Assembly (NCBI RefSeq): GCF_963921235.1
Contig: NC_086097.1
Span: forward strand, 216,940,001 to 217,004,000
Direction of reading: 5' to 3'
From: Mobula hypostoma
Taxonomy: Eukaryota
DNA length: 64,000 nucleotides
The translations under genes and the position numbers were made by a program. The notes beneath the pieces were generated by a model. That model saw only the letters and a list, made by a program, of their open reading frames with translations. It was not told where the DNA came from and did no database searches. Below, piece by piece: positions 37,975 to 48,944 of this stretch (position 1 is its first letter; every line of letters starts with the position of its first letter).

Positions 37975-38630
37975 TCATAGTCATACTTTATTGATCCCGG
38001 GGGTAATTGGTTAAATTGTTTTTTTTTCCTATTTCCGAAATAAAATGACAAAGTCCGAGAATGCACCGGGGCTTGCGGACAGGGTCTGAGCGCGGACCGC
38101 GGGCGGCGGCCGGCAGACCGACGGTGGCAAAAGCTTTATATCGATCCAAAAAGTAAAGAGGCATTGTGTGCACCAAGACAGAGAGGGGGCGAGCCTGCCA
38201 CGGGTGCCCTCGCGAGTGTCGTCTGCGTAAACCTCTGTTTCCCGATCGATCCGGCTTGGTCGGCCCTACCTTTGGGAGAGGCCGAGTGGAAGCGACGGTC
38301 TGGACATGTGCGCCAAACTGCTCGGCTCGTTACTATCTCCAGAGGTAGGTAGGTGGGTCTGCCGCGGGGCGGCCCGATTACCGACTGAGGGCTTCATGCT
38401 TTGGGCGGAATTGACGTTGGGCATTCACACGTTTGCACCATGACCGATTGACAGAGTCTCCCGCCGGCGGATGGGACTGCTGTGCGCATAAATGACGGGG
38501 GCCGGTCGAACGACCGTCGACCATCCCGAGAAGGCGGGTACACCCACACGCATGCCTGGGCGGTGAAGGTGCGGACCCTACCGGCGCGATCGTCGGGGTG
38601 GGATGGCGAGGCGTTCACCGGCGCGGCGTT
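37975..38630 (-). other. GC/CpG-rich insert of unknown origin joined to a Rex1-type 3' tail
   Basis: Interrupts the CR1 at gaggcagg|...|agggcaggtt. 37975-38011 matches the tail at 5731-5773. 38040-38630 is far richer in GC and CpG than the rest of the window. Confidence 0.7.
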
Positions 38631-39681
38631 AGGGCAGGTTATTGAAGTGACCGTCAGGAAAGGCTTTGGTTCTAGTGATCATAATTCTATAGGTTTTGAG
38701 ATGGTAATGGAAAAGAACAGGATTAAGGTCCTAAAGTGGAGCAGGGATAATTTTGAGGGAATTAGGCAGAATCTGGCAGTGATCAATTAGAAGAGGCAGC
38801 TTAAAGGAAAAAGAATGACTGGCAAGTGGGAGGCTTTTAATAGTGAGATATCAAGATCCTCAAGGCAGCATATTCCTGTTATGGCAGGTAGTAAACTTGA
38901 TAAGTTTAGGGAAACCTGGATGACAAGAGATATTGAGGCTGTGATCAAGAAAAAGAAGGAAGCATACATTGGGTTTTACCAGGTTGGGGGGAGGTGAATT
39001 TCTTGATGACTATAGAAAGATTAAAAATACACTGAGAGGGAAATCAGGCAAAGAGAGGGTATGAGATGAAGTAGCAAATAAGGTTAAGGAAAACCCCAAG
39101 ATGTTTTATATTAAGAGTAAATGGATGGCGAGGGAGAAGGTAGGTTCCCCTGAGAGCTCAGTAGTCCTGCTTATGTCTCAAGCTGCAGGAATTGGGTGGG
39201 ATTTTTAATGAATATTTCTCCTCTGTGTTTACTGAGGAGAAAATAATGGTTGCTCAAGTGATAAGGGAAATAAGTGCAGATGTTTTGGAGAACATTCATA
39301 TGACCAGGGAGGTTTGCAGCTTTGCAGTGCATTAAGGTGGATAAATTCCCAATGCATGACCAAGTACATCCTCACATTCTATGTCAGGCTGAAGAAGAAA
39401 ATACAGGGGACCTTGCAGAGGCATTTGCTTCATTGTAAATCACTGGTGAAGTTTTTGAAGACTGGAACATGGTTAAAATTGTTCTGTCGTTTAAGAAAGG
39501 TAGGAAGTATTAGTCTGGGAGCTACAGACAAGTCAGCTGGACATCAGTGCTAGGAAAGTTACTGGAATGTATTCTGAAGGACTGGATCTGTCAGCATAGG
39601 GCCTAACACATCGATGCAGTCACGAAGAAGGCAGGCCAGTGACTCTTCTTCATTAGGAGTTTGAGGAGATTTTCTGTAGAC

Positions 39682-40374
39682 ATAATAATAACTATTTGTA
39701 GAGCACTTTTCATACAGATGATGTAATTTCATGTGCTTTACAATGGGATAAAAGTAAAACCATGAAAATAAAATAAAAAATAAAAATAAATATGAAAATA
39801 AAAGACATTAAGATATTAGTTAAAAGCAAGGTTAAATAAATAAATGGCAGTTCTAAGTGTCAACTGAGTCTGTATCCCTTATAGATTTAGGTATTGAATT
39901 CCACTGTTTATGAGCATAGTTCAAAAGAGATGATTTGCCAATTTTGTTTTGAGGGAGATTGTTTAAATTGAAGACACTGGAAGAAGAAAACCTGAGAGCT
40001 CGAGCTGGGTTATAGAATGAAAATGATTCTGTGTACTCTGGTCCCAGACCATTAGGAGCCTTAAAAACAAGTACGAGAACTTTAAAACCGATTCTAAAAG
40101 ATACAGGAAGACAATGAAGAGTAGCGAGTATGGGAGGGGCATGTTCCCTCATCCTGGTTTTGGTCCAGCAGCAGTGTTCTGAATCAGTTGAAGTTCATCA
40201 GTAGGTCGCTTTGGAAGGTCAGTAGAAAGTGTATTGCAGTAATATAGTCTATTCGAAATAAAGGCGTGAACTAGTTTTTCAGCATCATTACATGACAGAA
40301 ATGGCCATACCTTTGCGATACTTTTTAAGTGTAGAAATGCTGCTCAAGTTACTTCCTTTATGTGGGATTTAAAA
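39682..40374 (-). mobile_element. L2-clade LINE 3' end
   Basis: Minus ORF 39853-40152 EHAPPILATLHCLPVSFRIGFKVLVLVFKAPNGLGPEY...ARALR...WNSIP; tail tatgaaaagtgctctacaaatagttattatt. Confidence 0.85.
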
Positions 40375-40401
40375 TACAGTAGAGAGTGCTCTGACTGGTT
40401 A

Positions 40402-40739
40402 CATCACAGCTGAAATGGAGTATCCAGTGCATCACAGCTGGGGTGGAGTATCTAGTGCATCACAGCTGGGGTGGAGTGTCCAGTGCATCACAGCTGGGGT
40501 GGAGTGTCCAGTGCATCACAGCTGGGGTGGCGTGTCCAGTGCATCACAGCTGGGGTGGAGTGTCCAGTGCATCACAGCTGGGGTGGCGTGTCCAGTGCAT
40601 CGCAGCTGGGGTGGCGTGTCCAGTGCATCGCAGCTGGGGTGGAGTATCCAGTGTATCACAGCTGGGGTGGAGTATCCAGTGCATCGCAGCTAGGGTGGAA
40701 TATCCAGTGCATCACAGCTGGGATGGGGTATCCAGTGCA
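40402..40739. repeat. 28-bp minisatellite, about 12 copies
   Basis: Unit CATCACAGCTGGGGTGGAGTGTCCAGTG repeated head-to-tail with no spacers. Confidence 0.95.
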
Positions 40740-40935
40740 CAGGATCATAAGAAGCTGCAGAGAGTTGCAGTCTCAGCCAGCTCGTTTACGGGCACAACCC
40801 TCCCCACCATCAAGGACATCTTCAAAAGCCAGTGCCTCCAGAAGGTGGCAACCATCAGCAAGGACCCTCATAATCTGAGACATACCTTCTTCTCATTTAT
40901 ACCATCAAGAGATACAGAAGCCTGAAGACCCACAC

Positions 40936-43900
40936 TGTCAGGCAGGCAACTCCCAGTCTCCACCCAGCTAACAGGAGTCACCTGGCACTCGTTCCCAACC
41001 CATCACCGACAGCCTATTTAAACCCAGTTCTCATCCACCGACTGTGTTTACGTATCAAGCTTCAATCAGTTGCTCCTAGCCTTCAGTAACCATGTTGCCT
41101 TGTTGTGATTAGTATCTGTTCTCTCTTTTGTTGTGGCCCCTCATAGATTGTTATTTTGCACTTTATTGTTAAAGTTATCACTCACCGCTAAGTCGTCTCC
41201 GCTAGTCTGGGTTTGGCTCATGCCTTCTCTACAATTCCTGACAGGATGCGTGAACCAGCGATTGATTGAAAGGAAGTTGTCTATTGACATGAACACATTA
41301 TCCAGAAGCAGCAGGAAACTATTGACCATCAGCTCGCCACCCTCAACCAACTCTCCATCTCGATACAGCAACCCAGTGCCAGTCAGCCTCCACCCTCAGA
41401 ACTTGGTATTCCAGTGCCAAACCATATGATGCCACAACTTCCTCTCCCAGTGTGTCTTACATTTTGAGTTCCAGACATTTCTGTACTTTGTGGACTGAGC
41501 CAAGATTGCCTTCAGCATCTCTCTCTTGACTGAGCGAGCTTTGAGCTGGTCTGCTGCTAACTGGGACAATGAAACCACCACCTGCATTAAATATGAGGAA
41601 TTCACCACTGAGAAGTGCCAGGTTTTCAACCACCTGGGAAGTGGAAGTGGCGGCGGGGTGGCGGGAGGGAAGCAGCAGATCAGATATGTCACCTGTGTCA
41701 AGGCTCACACTCGGTGCTGGATTATACCATGGAAGTCAGGACTGTCATGGCAGAGTGCAGCAGGAATGCAAAAGCACTGCTGGGCCATTACCATATGCCT
41801 CTCGGAGTGCTGGAAAACAAGCTGTCTACTCGGAAGATGCCCACTGACCTCAAAAGCTTCATCACTCTGACCCTCCAAATTGACAAGCATCTTATGAAAC
41901 AACCCAGATCATCAGCCAATTTAAATCACAGAATCATTTCAGACTGCAGAATCTCATCACCAATGCCTTGAGAACCGTGCAGTTAGGGTGAGTTCTCTGA
42001 ACCACATACCACCCCCCCCCTCGAATGTGAGCGTCCATGGAGAAACAACTTGTGACCACCAACCCATCAGATGTCCATTGTGTCCAGGAAATTGACACCA
42101 GCAGGTAAAGACAAGGGTCCTCTATCTGGTAAGCATCACCTGGCCTCTCATTCCAGCAACATAGCATGACCCACTCTCTCTGTACACCTCCACTTCCCGA
42201 TGGCTTTGCACACAGGACGCTCTGGTGGACTCTGGCAGCTTTCTAGACTATACTTTGTGTGTGCAGCCTTTTGGTCTTTCCAACAGTCCAGCCATTTTCC
42301 AAGCCTTCATTCATCAGATCCTCTAAGACATGCTACACAGGTAGGTATGTGTTCGTCTATCTTGACAACATTCTCATCTTCTCCAAAGACCATGTCTGTG
42401 ATGTCCATTCAGTCTTTCAGCTTCTCTTTGAAAACCAGCTGTACTGCAAGTTAGAGAAATGCCAGTTCCACATCCCAGTTGTTTCCTTCCTGGGTTGCGT
42501 CCTTTTGCCCCCAGGACAAAACCATGGACCCGGAGAAAATGCTTACCATCATTAAATGGCCCTGACTGCATTCTCTCAAGCAGCTTCAGTGCTTCTTGGG
42601 CTCTCCAACTTCTACCACCATTTCATCAGGAACGGCAGTCAAATCGCTGCGCCTCTCACCTCCCTCACCAAGTCACCTACCTCACAGATAAACTGGTCTG
42701 CTGATGTGGACCATGCTTTCAGGGAGCTCAAGAGATGTTTCACCACTGCTCCCATTCTTTGCCATCCAAACCCCTCCAGACCTTCTGTGGTAGAGGTGGA
42801 TACGTCTGACGTGGTGCCAGTGCCATCCTCTCACAGCAGGGACCCTTGCGCCTTCTTCTCACGCAAATTCTACACAGCACCACTGTGGAGTTCGAGACAG
42901 GGAGCTACTTGCCATTAAATGGGGGAATGGAGACATTGGCCGAGGCGAAACACCGAGCCCTTCCAGATCTGGACTGACCACCAGAACCACATATCCATAC
43001 AACTGACTCACAAACTCAACCCATTTCAGGGTCGCTGAGCTCTATTCTTCGAGCAGTTCAGCTACCGTCTCCTACAGACTCAGCTCTAAGAACATAAAGG
43101 AGGATGCCCTGCCACAACAGTTTGACCCAGCTGAAATGGAGATCAACCCTCAGTTTAACATTCCATCCCTGCAAATCCTCGCTCCAGTCACCTGGTATCT
43201 TGAGAACTAGATCTGCCGGGCCCTAGGGTACAAGCTTGCTCCGGCTGACACACCTGACAACTACATGTACGTGCACTCTGAGGCACTCCAGTAGGCCTAC
43301 TCCTCACCCTTCTCTGGCCATCCAGGTGCACGACAGACTCTGGATTTTCTGCAGCACCGGTTCTGGTGGCTCACCGTGATCACAGATGTATTTCAGTTCA
43401 TCACTGCTTGCTCTCAATGCGTCCAGTCCAATTCCTCCAACCATTGGCCTCTGAGCTCCTGCGGCCTCTACCGGTTCCCTGACTCCTGTCGTCCCACATC
43501 GACATGGATTTCATCACCGGCTTGCCACCTTCCTATAGGTGCTCATGACAGAGGTGGATCGGTTCTCCAAGGCAGCCCACTTCATCGCCCTCCTCAGACA
43601 TCCATCAGCTGCTGAGATGGTGGACCTGGTTCTCCAACATGTAGTTCACCTCCATGGTTTTCCTCAGGATATTGTGTCAGACAATCCATCTCCCGCTTCT
43701 AGTGGACCTTCTGCTCCATCCTCCACTCCTCAGTGAGTTTGCCCCCGGCTATCATCCACTGACCAACGGTCAGTCACAAAGAGCCAACTAGAAAGTGAGA
43801 AGGTTCTGGAATGCTTTACCGCCTCTGACTCTTCCACATGGGCACAATTGCATTCTCACAATCTACACACCTTTTCTGCTATGGCTACGCCACGGTTTGA

Positions 43901-44859
43901 AGTGCTTCATGGCTGCCAACCCCCATTGTTCCCCATGGAGGAGCCAATGGTAAAGGTCCCATCTCCCAGAGCCCTGGTTTGCCACTGCCAGAATGCTTGG
44001 AGAAGGGCATGCCAACTGCACCTACTGATGCCAGGCCAACTACCAACAGCACCCAGCCCGACTACTCCCGCTTGGAGTCTGTGTCTGGCTATTCAGCTAA
44101 ATCTGCCCCTGCAAACCAACTCCCAAAAGTTTTTGCCCTGCTTCATTGGTCCCTTCAAGATTATCCATCACATCAATCCAGCCACTGACTACCTCCAGCT
44201 GTCATAGTCCCCCAGGATTGCACCTACCTCCCACATGTCCTGCCTCAAGCCCATTTTCCATTAACCACTCGACCCACCTGAGTCTACCCCGCTGGAACCT
44301 AGGATGGTGGGAAGTGGTCTAACGTACACAGTTCTTCAGTTGATGGATTCATGTCATTATGGACAGGGTGTGAAGCACATGGTTGGCTGGGAAGATTACG
44401 TCCAGAAGAAAGTTATTGGGTGTCGTTCAGTTTCATCTTGGATCTGTCGCTCATGGAGGAGTTCTACTGGACCCATCTGGATCGTCCTGGGCCATTGGGT
44501 TCCAGCCATATGAGGTAGTTCCATACAGGCCTGCAAAGGCAGGCACCTCCCAGTCTCTACCCAGCTAATAGGAGTCACCTGCCACTCATTTCCAACTCAT
44601 CACCTGCAGCCTATTTAAACCCAGCTCTCATCCACAGTCATTGTTCACCCATCAAACCAGCCAACATCAACCAATTGCTCCTAACTCTCATTTATGGGGT
44701 TACTTTGTTGTGGTTAGTATCTGTTCCCTCTTGTTTTGTGGCCCTTATTGTCTTGTTATTTTGCAGTTTACTTTTTAAAGTTATTGCTCACCGATAAATC
44801 ATTATTATTAATTACTGTTATTCTGTCGTTGTATCAAGCCTCCTCTACAATTCCTGGCA
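40936..44859 (+). mobile_element. Degenerate Gypsy (Sushi/chromovirus-type) LTR retrotransposon with both LTRs and a 5-bp TSD
   Basis: 5' LTR 40936-41243 (TGTCAGG...CCTGACA); 3' LTR ~44522-44859; CACAC on both sides (40931-40935, 44860-44864). Remnants of gag (AKIAFSISLLTERALSW), RT (FVYLDNILIFS, KLEKCQF), RNase H (FTTAPIL...VVEVDTSD), integrase (GHPG...[28 protein letters not shown]) and chromodomain (YTV..LMDS...MVGWEDY). Confidence 0.92.
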
Positions 44860-46426
44860 CACACTCAACAATTCAGAAACAGTTTCTTCCCCTACACATT
44901 CAGTTTTCTGAGTGGTCCATTAAACTGAAAACACCATCTTATTCCTTTGTTTTGAGCTATTTATTTTGTAATTTGTAATGACTTTGTGTCTTTGCAAAGA
45001 CATTATGCATGGGAGGATATGTATGATGAATCTTTTAGAGTTGTTTGAAAACCTAACCAAAAGGGTAGATGAAGGTAAGGCAGTGTACGTTGTTCATCTG
45101 GACCTTAGCAAGGCTTTTGACAATTCCTGTATTGCAGGTTAGTCTGGAAGGTTAAGTTCCATGGAATCTAGAGTGAGCTGGTTAGATGGACTGAAAATTG
45201 CCTCAGAGGTAGGAAGCAGGTAGGTGGTTGAAAGTTGTTTCTTGAAATGGAGACCATTGATTAATCATGTGCCACAGGTCAGTGTTGGGACCCTTGTTTT
45301 TCATTATTTTATAAATAATTTTGATGGGAATGCTCAAGGCTTGATCGGCAAGTTTGCAGATGTGAGGAAATTAGGAGGTGTTGTTGAAACTGAAGAAGAT
45401 TATTACAGATTTCAGGGAGGATATTGAACAGTTATGGAAGTGGGCAAATGGATTTCAATAGAAGTAAGTGTGAGGTGATACATTTTTCAAAGTCAAACCA
45501 ACGTAGGACTTAAACTATTTATGGTAGGGCATAGAGATAGCAATGGAGAAGAAGTGCATAGTTCATTGAAAATGCTGTCACAGGTAGACAGGATGGAGAA
45601 AAATGTTTTTACCATGCTGGTCTTCATTGGTCTAGGCATTGAATATAGGAATTGGAGAGGTCCTTTCATCTATTACCCACAAGCATTTAGATCTCTACAG
45701 GAGCAAAGACATGGATAAAAATAACAGCTTTCATATTTTTAGTATGTGATCCAAAAGGAGATTAACATGCCATTTGTTAATTTCTCCAGAGAAAAAGACA
45801 ACGAATAAAACACCATACCTGCCTTAGTGTATTATTGGTATGATTAGGATTGATTGACCAAGCATTTAATTAAAGGCATCCTTACTGTGTTACCATAACC
45901 ACTCCATTCCCCATAGCAACACGTTGGCACAAACCTCCTGTCTTCACTCCAATGGAGAATGCAGGAGATCTGTGATCAAAAAGGAATTTAAAACAAGGGG
46001 CAATCACTCTCCTTTAGTCCTTGTGTTTCAATGTTTAATTCCCTAATACTTTCATTTGCGCAAGGTTAGATGTCTGTTGTCTATATCCTAATTTTCAGTT
46101 TCATGGAAAAGCTACTTCAGTGAGGGTTGATGTCAAACACTGCAAAAGAGATCATTTGACTTGGCTGTGGTGGATGAGTTCCTCCTGTTGGATAATAAAT
46201 GCTAGCAACTTTGTTTTTCACAGTAGTTTGCTGCTAATAATCTTTCATCTGAGACAACCAACTCTGAACACTGAAACTTTTCTCTCTCTCATCTTGCCAT
46301 AACCCAGCTCCTCGCTTGTGGATGATTAGGACAGACTGTAATCACTGAAGAGCAAAGTGCTTTCCTGACCTCTGAACACTGGAAATGTGAGCCTTCTGCA
46401 AATGGAAGTCACCAGACCCAGTGTTA

Positions 46427-47187
46427 AGTTCAAGGTCAACTTTAACTATCAATCAACCATACATGAATATAGCCAAATGAAACTGTTCCTCCAGGGCCAA
46501 GGTGCAAAACATATTACCGGCAGCACACAGCACACGGAACAAATAGCACTTATGGTTATGATTTCATAAAAACATACAGTCACAAAGAAACAGAATATAA
46601 GCCCAAATCCCTAGGTAGCATGACTGTAGAACTGATGGTAATTTGTACTGATCCAGCTCGTTCTTCCACCGGACGAGCACTGGAATTCTTCACTGATCGA
46701 ACTCTGGAGAGCAGCACTGACGAGAGGGGATAGACTGTAACCCAAGTACGGATTCCAGCACGCCCCACAGAGACTCTCCCTCACCACCTTGGCAACTCCT
46801 CCTCTATTCAATGGAAACAACTTGGGCCTAGACCTTGCCACAACCAGGGCAATGCAGCTTTCCTGCCACCGGTCTTTTCAATGAACCAGTGAATTGGACC
46901 TGCAGTATTCTACGTAACCAACGTCCAACAATCATAATAAAAACATCCAAGACAATCACTCGCACTGTGCCCCATCTAATGGTAAACTGCAAGTCCAGGC
47001 AACACAACGGTACGTAGTAAGTCCAGCTCCATTGCTGATGAGCAACTCACTGATGGGATAGTCCCACAGTACTTGATGTTCTTAATATCCAGCAGTGACC
47101 TCTGTTCATAAAAAAGACTTACAAAATGAACAAATACACCTTTGACTGGAACCAGAGTGGCCACTGTCTCTGAGAGCCCCACCATCT
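46427..47187 (-). mobile_element. Non-autonomous Rex1-related element (Rex1-like 5' end, non-coding core, Rex1 tail)
   Basis: Minus strand starts AAGATGG and encodes YEQRSLLDI. The tail matches 2726-2803 and 56945-57025; the core is homologous to 59905-60545. Confidence 0.55.
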
Positions 47188-48271
47188 TACAACTTATCTC
47201 TAACTTTAGAACTTTACTAACAGATTAATTCTCCATTCCACTCCCACTCTGATTTCACCATAATTGAATAATAGATTCCTACAACATGGAAACAAGGCTT
47301 TTAGTCCAGTACATTCATGCTGACTGGTGAGCACACATCTGTATTAGTCCCACCTTCCAGCACAGAGTCTGTGGCCTACCGTACCTGGGCAATCCCTGTG
47401 TTCATTTATACAAAGCTCAGAGAACGGTACCTCATATTCTGACAGCTTTGCAGACTCAAAAATGAGTTTGATTTCAGAAGCCCAGTCATTCCAGACTTGT
47501 ATCTTACCTTGTCAGGCATTTATTTCTTTCCTCTCTCCTCTCCTATTGAGTTTACATTTCATTTTTCCATACCCATCCTTCGGCTGGTACCATCACTTCT
47601 GTCTTTCAGCAGCTGCGTTTCTCCACCTTATAACAGACTGAATGACGGGGGAGGGGCAGGTGGCTGAGTAAAGAATAATACACACGCTTTTAAACACTTG
47701 AGCTGACTGCCGTTTTGCTTTGGCACATATAACTTGGTATTAAATGGCATGTTGAAAAGTGGCATTTTAAAATAACCAGAAGTGTTCCACACTTTTGACA
47801 AATTTGATCACAGCCATGTGAGCTGAGAAGATAACATAAACTTGCCTAAAAAGATGGACTTTAAAGAGGGGCTTTAAGAAAGAAAAACATGTAGTGAAGC
47901 AGAAGACTTAAAGAGGAAATTTCAGAGCTAATATTATTATGATGATTAAGTGCTGGTCTGATCAAAAAGAGAGCATTGGAAGTGCACAGATATAGCGGGG
48001 AAAGATGGTTAAAAAAAACAAGAAATATGATATTCTTGCAATAAAACTGCAGCCTCTGCAACAACAGAACATTTCTGGTTACATACCAGAGTCAAGATGA
48101 ACATACTGCAGTATTAAAGCTACTAATAAAAATGGAGAGACAAAATACTTTTGGTTTGGTATTCTTACTTTAGTAATCTATTAAAAGTGAAATACAAATT
48201 CAAAACATAAAATAAAAATATTTATAAAGCTATATATAATTAACTAATTATGTATTTTCAATTATAATCAG

Positions 48272-48444
48272 GCATCCAATCCATACTGGTCAACCCGTGG
48301 CAGTTCCACAGTAGGATCAGGGGGTCGATTTCGTTGTCCTTCCTGTCGACATGAAGTGGTTCTGGACAGACATGGAGTTTATGGTCTTCAAAGAAACCTA
48401 CTTGTTGAAAATATTATTGACTTATACAAGCAAGAGTCAATCAG
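48272..48444 (+). CDS. TRIM55: MuRF-family TRIM E3 ligase, coding exon 2 (rest of RING plus MuRF-family conserved domain)
   Basis: Branch-like ACTAAT at ~48243 and acceptor AG at 48270-48271. The 173 nt translate [57 protein letters not shown](R), then donor AG|GTACCT, phase 2. In frame with exon 1; intron 1 is 21,390 bp. Confidence 0.88.
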
Positions 48445-48944
48445 GTACCTCTAGTAATCAGCATAAAGATTTAATATTTGAACTTGGAAATAGGTTTAGT
48501 GCCCTTTGAACAAGGTAACATTGCTATTAGACACACTTTTACCCTTCTCGATCCTTCTTTTCCCTCTCCCTTTCCATCTGTATTCTTCTCCCCTCCCTCT
48601 TTCCTCCATTCCCCTCCATCTCCCTTGCTCAACCTTGAATCAGGTTTGTGATCCAATCATTTTACAGGATTCAATGTAAAATGTTGTTGATGATGCTCCC
48701 ATGAATAGTTGCAACAATTCACTATGAATATGCACTAAAATCTTTGAATACATGAAGTAGCATAAAGCAATGTGCAGTGCACATTTCAGTATAATAGCAT
48801 TGTTTGTTTTGCTCATTCGAAGCTGTGGTCATTCACTGCTACAGACTTTTACTGGACAATTGAAGTTTGTTTTGGCATGAGTTAAAAGGAGACTAATCTT
48901 ACCTGGTTCATTACCATAGGATCTAAAGTATCTGCTATATCGTA

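Larger units (their letters stand above)
39598..44992 (+). mobile_element. Rex1/Babar 3' fragment in pieces, hosting an L2, a minisatellite and a Gypsy element
   Basis: HIDAVTKKAGQ*LFFIRSLRRF (39608-39675), VESALTGYITA (~40379), QDHKKLQRVA...RYRSLKTH | TQQFRNSFFP (from ~44862). Confidence 0.75.
37810..45660 (+). mobile_element. Old CR1 LINE in pieces (37810-37974, 38631-39595, ~45000-45660) hosting several insertions
   Basis: LDLLLGNEAG | QVIEV...GSSDHNSI (APE C-terminus) through SVLGKLLECILKD. RT resumes at ~45030 (RVDEGKAVYVVHLDLSKAFD...GKFADVRKLGG). Confidence 0.7.

Noticed and set aside
38321..38330. CTCGGCTCGT matches the start region of 5.8S rRNA
   Set aside because: Only 10 nt match and the flanks do not follow 5.8S. 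No rRNA gene is called.
37988..38790. Short ORFs (60-102 aa) across the GC-rich insert
   Set aside because: Expected from high GC content; no recognisable domain. The C-terminal half of 38482-38790 is simply the resumed CR1 frame.
40402..40739. CRISPR-like array of 28-bp repeats
   Set aside because: Units are contiguous with no unique spacers, derive from flanking Rex1 sequence, and there are no cas genes. The window is vertebrate DNA.
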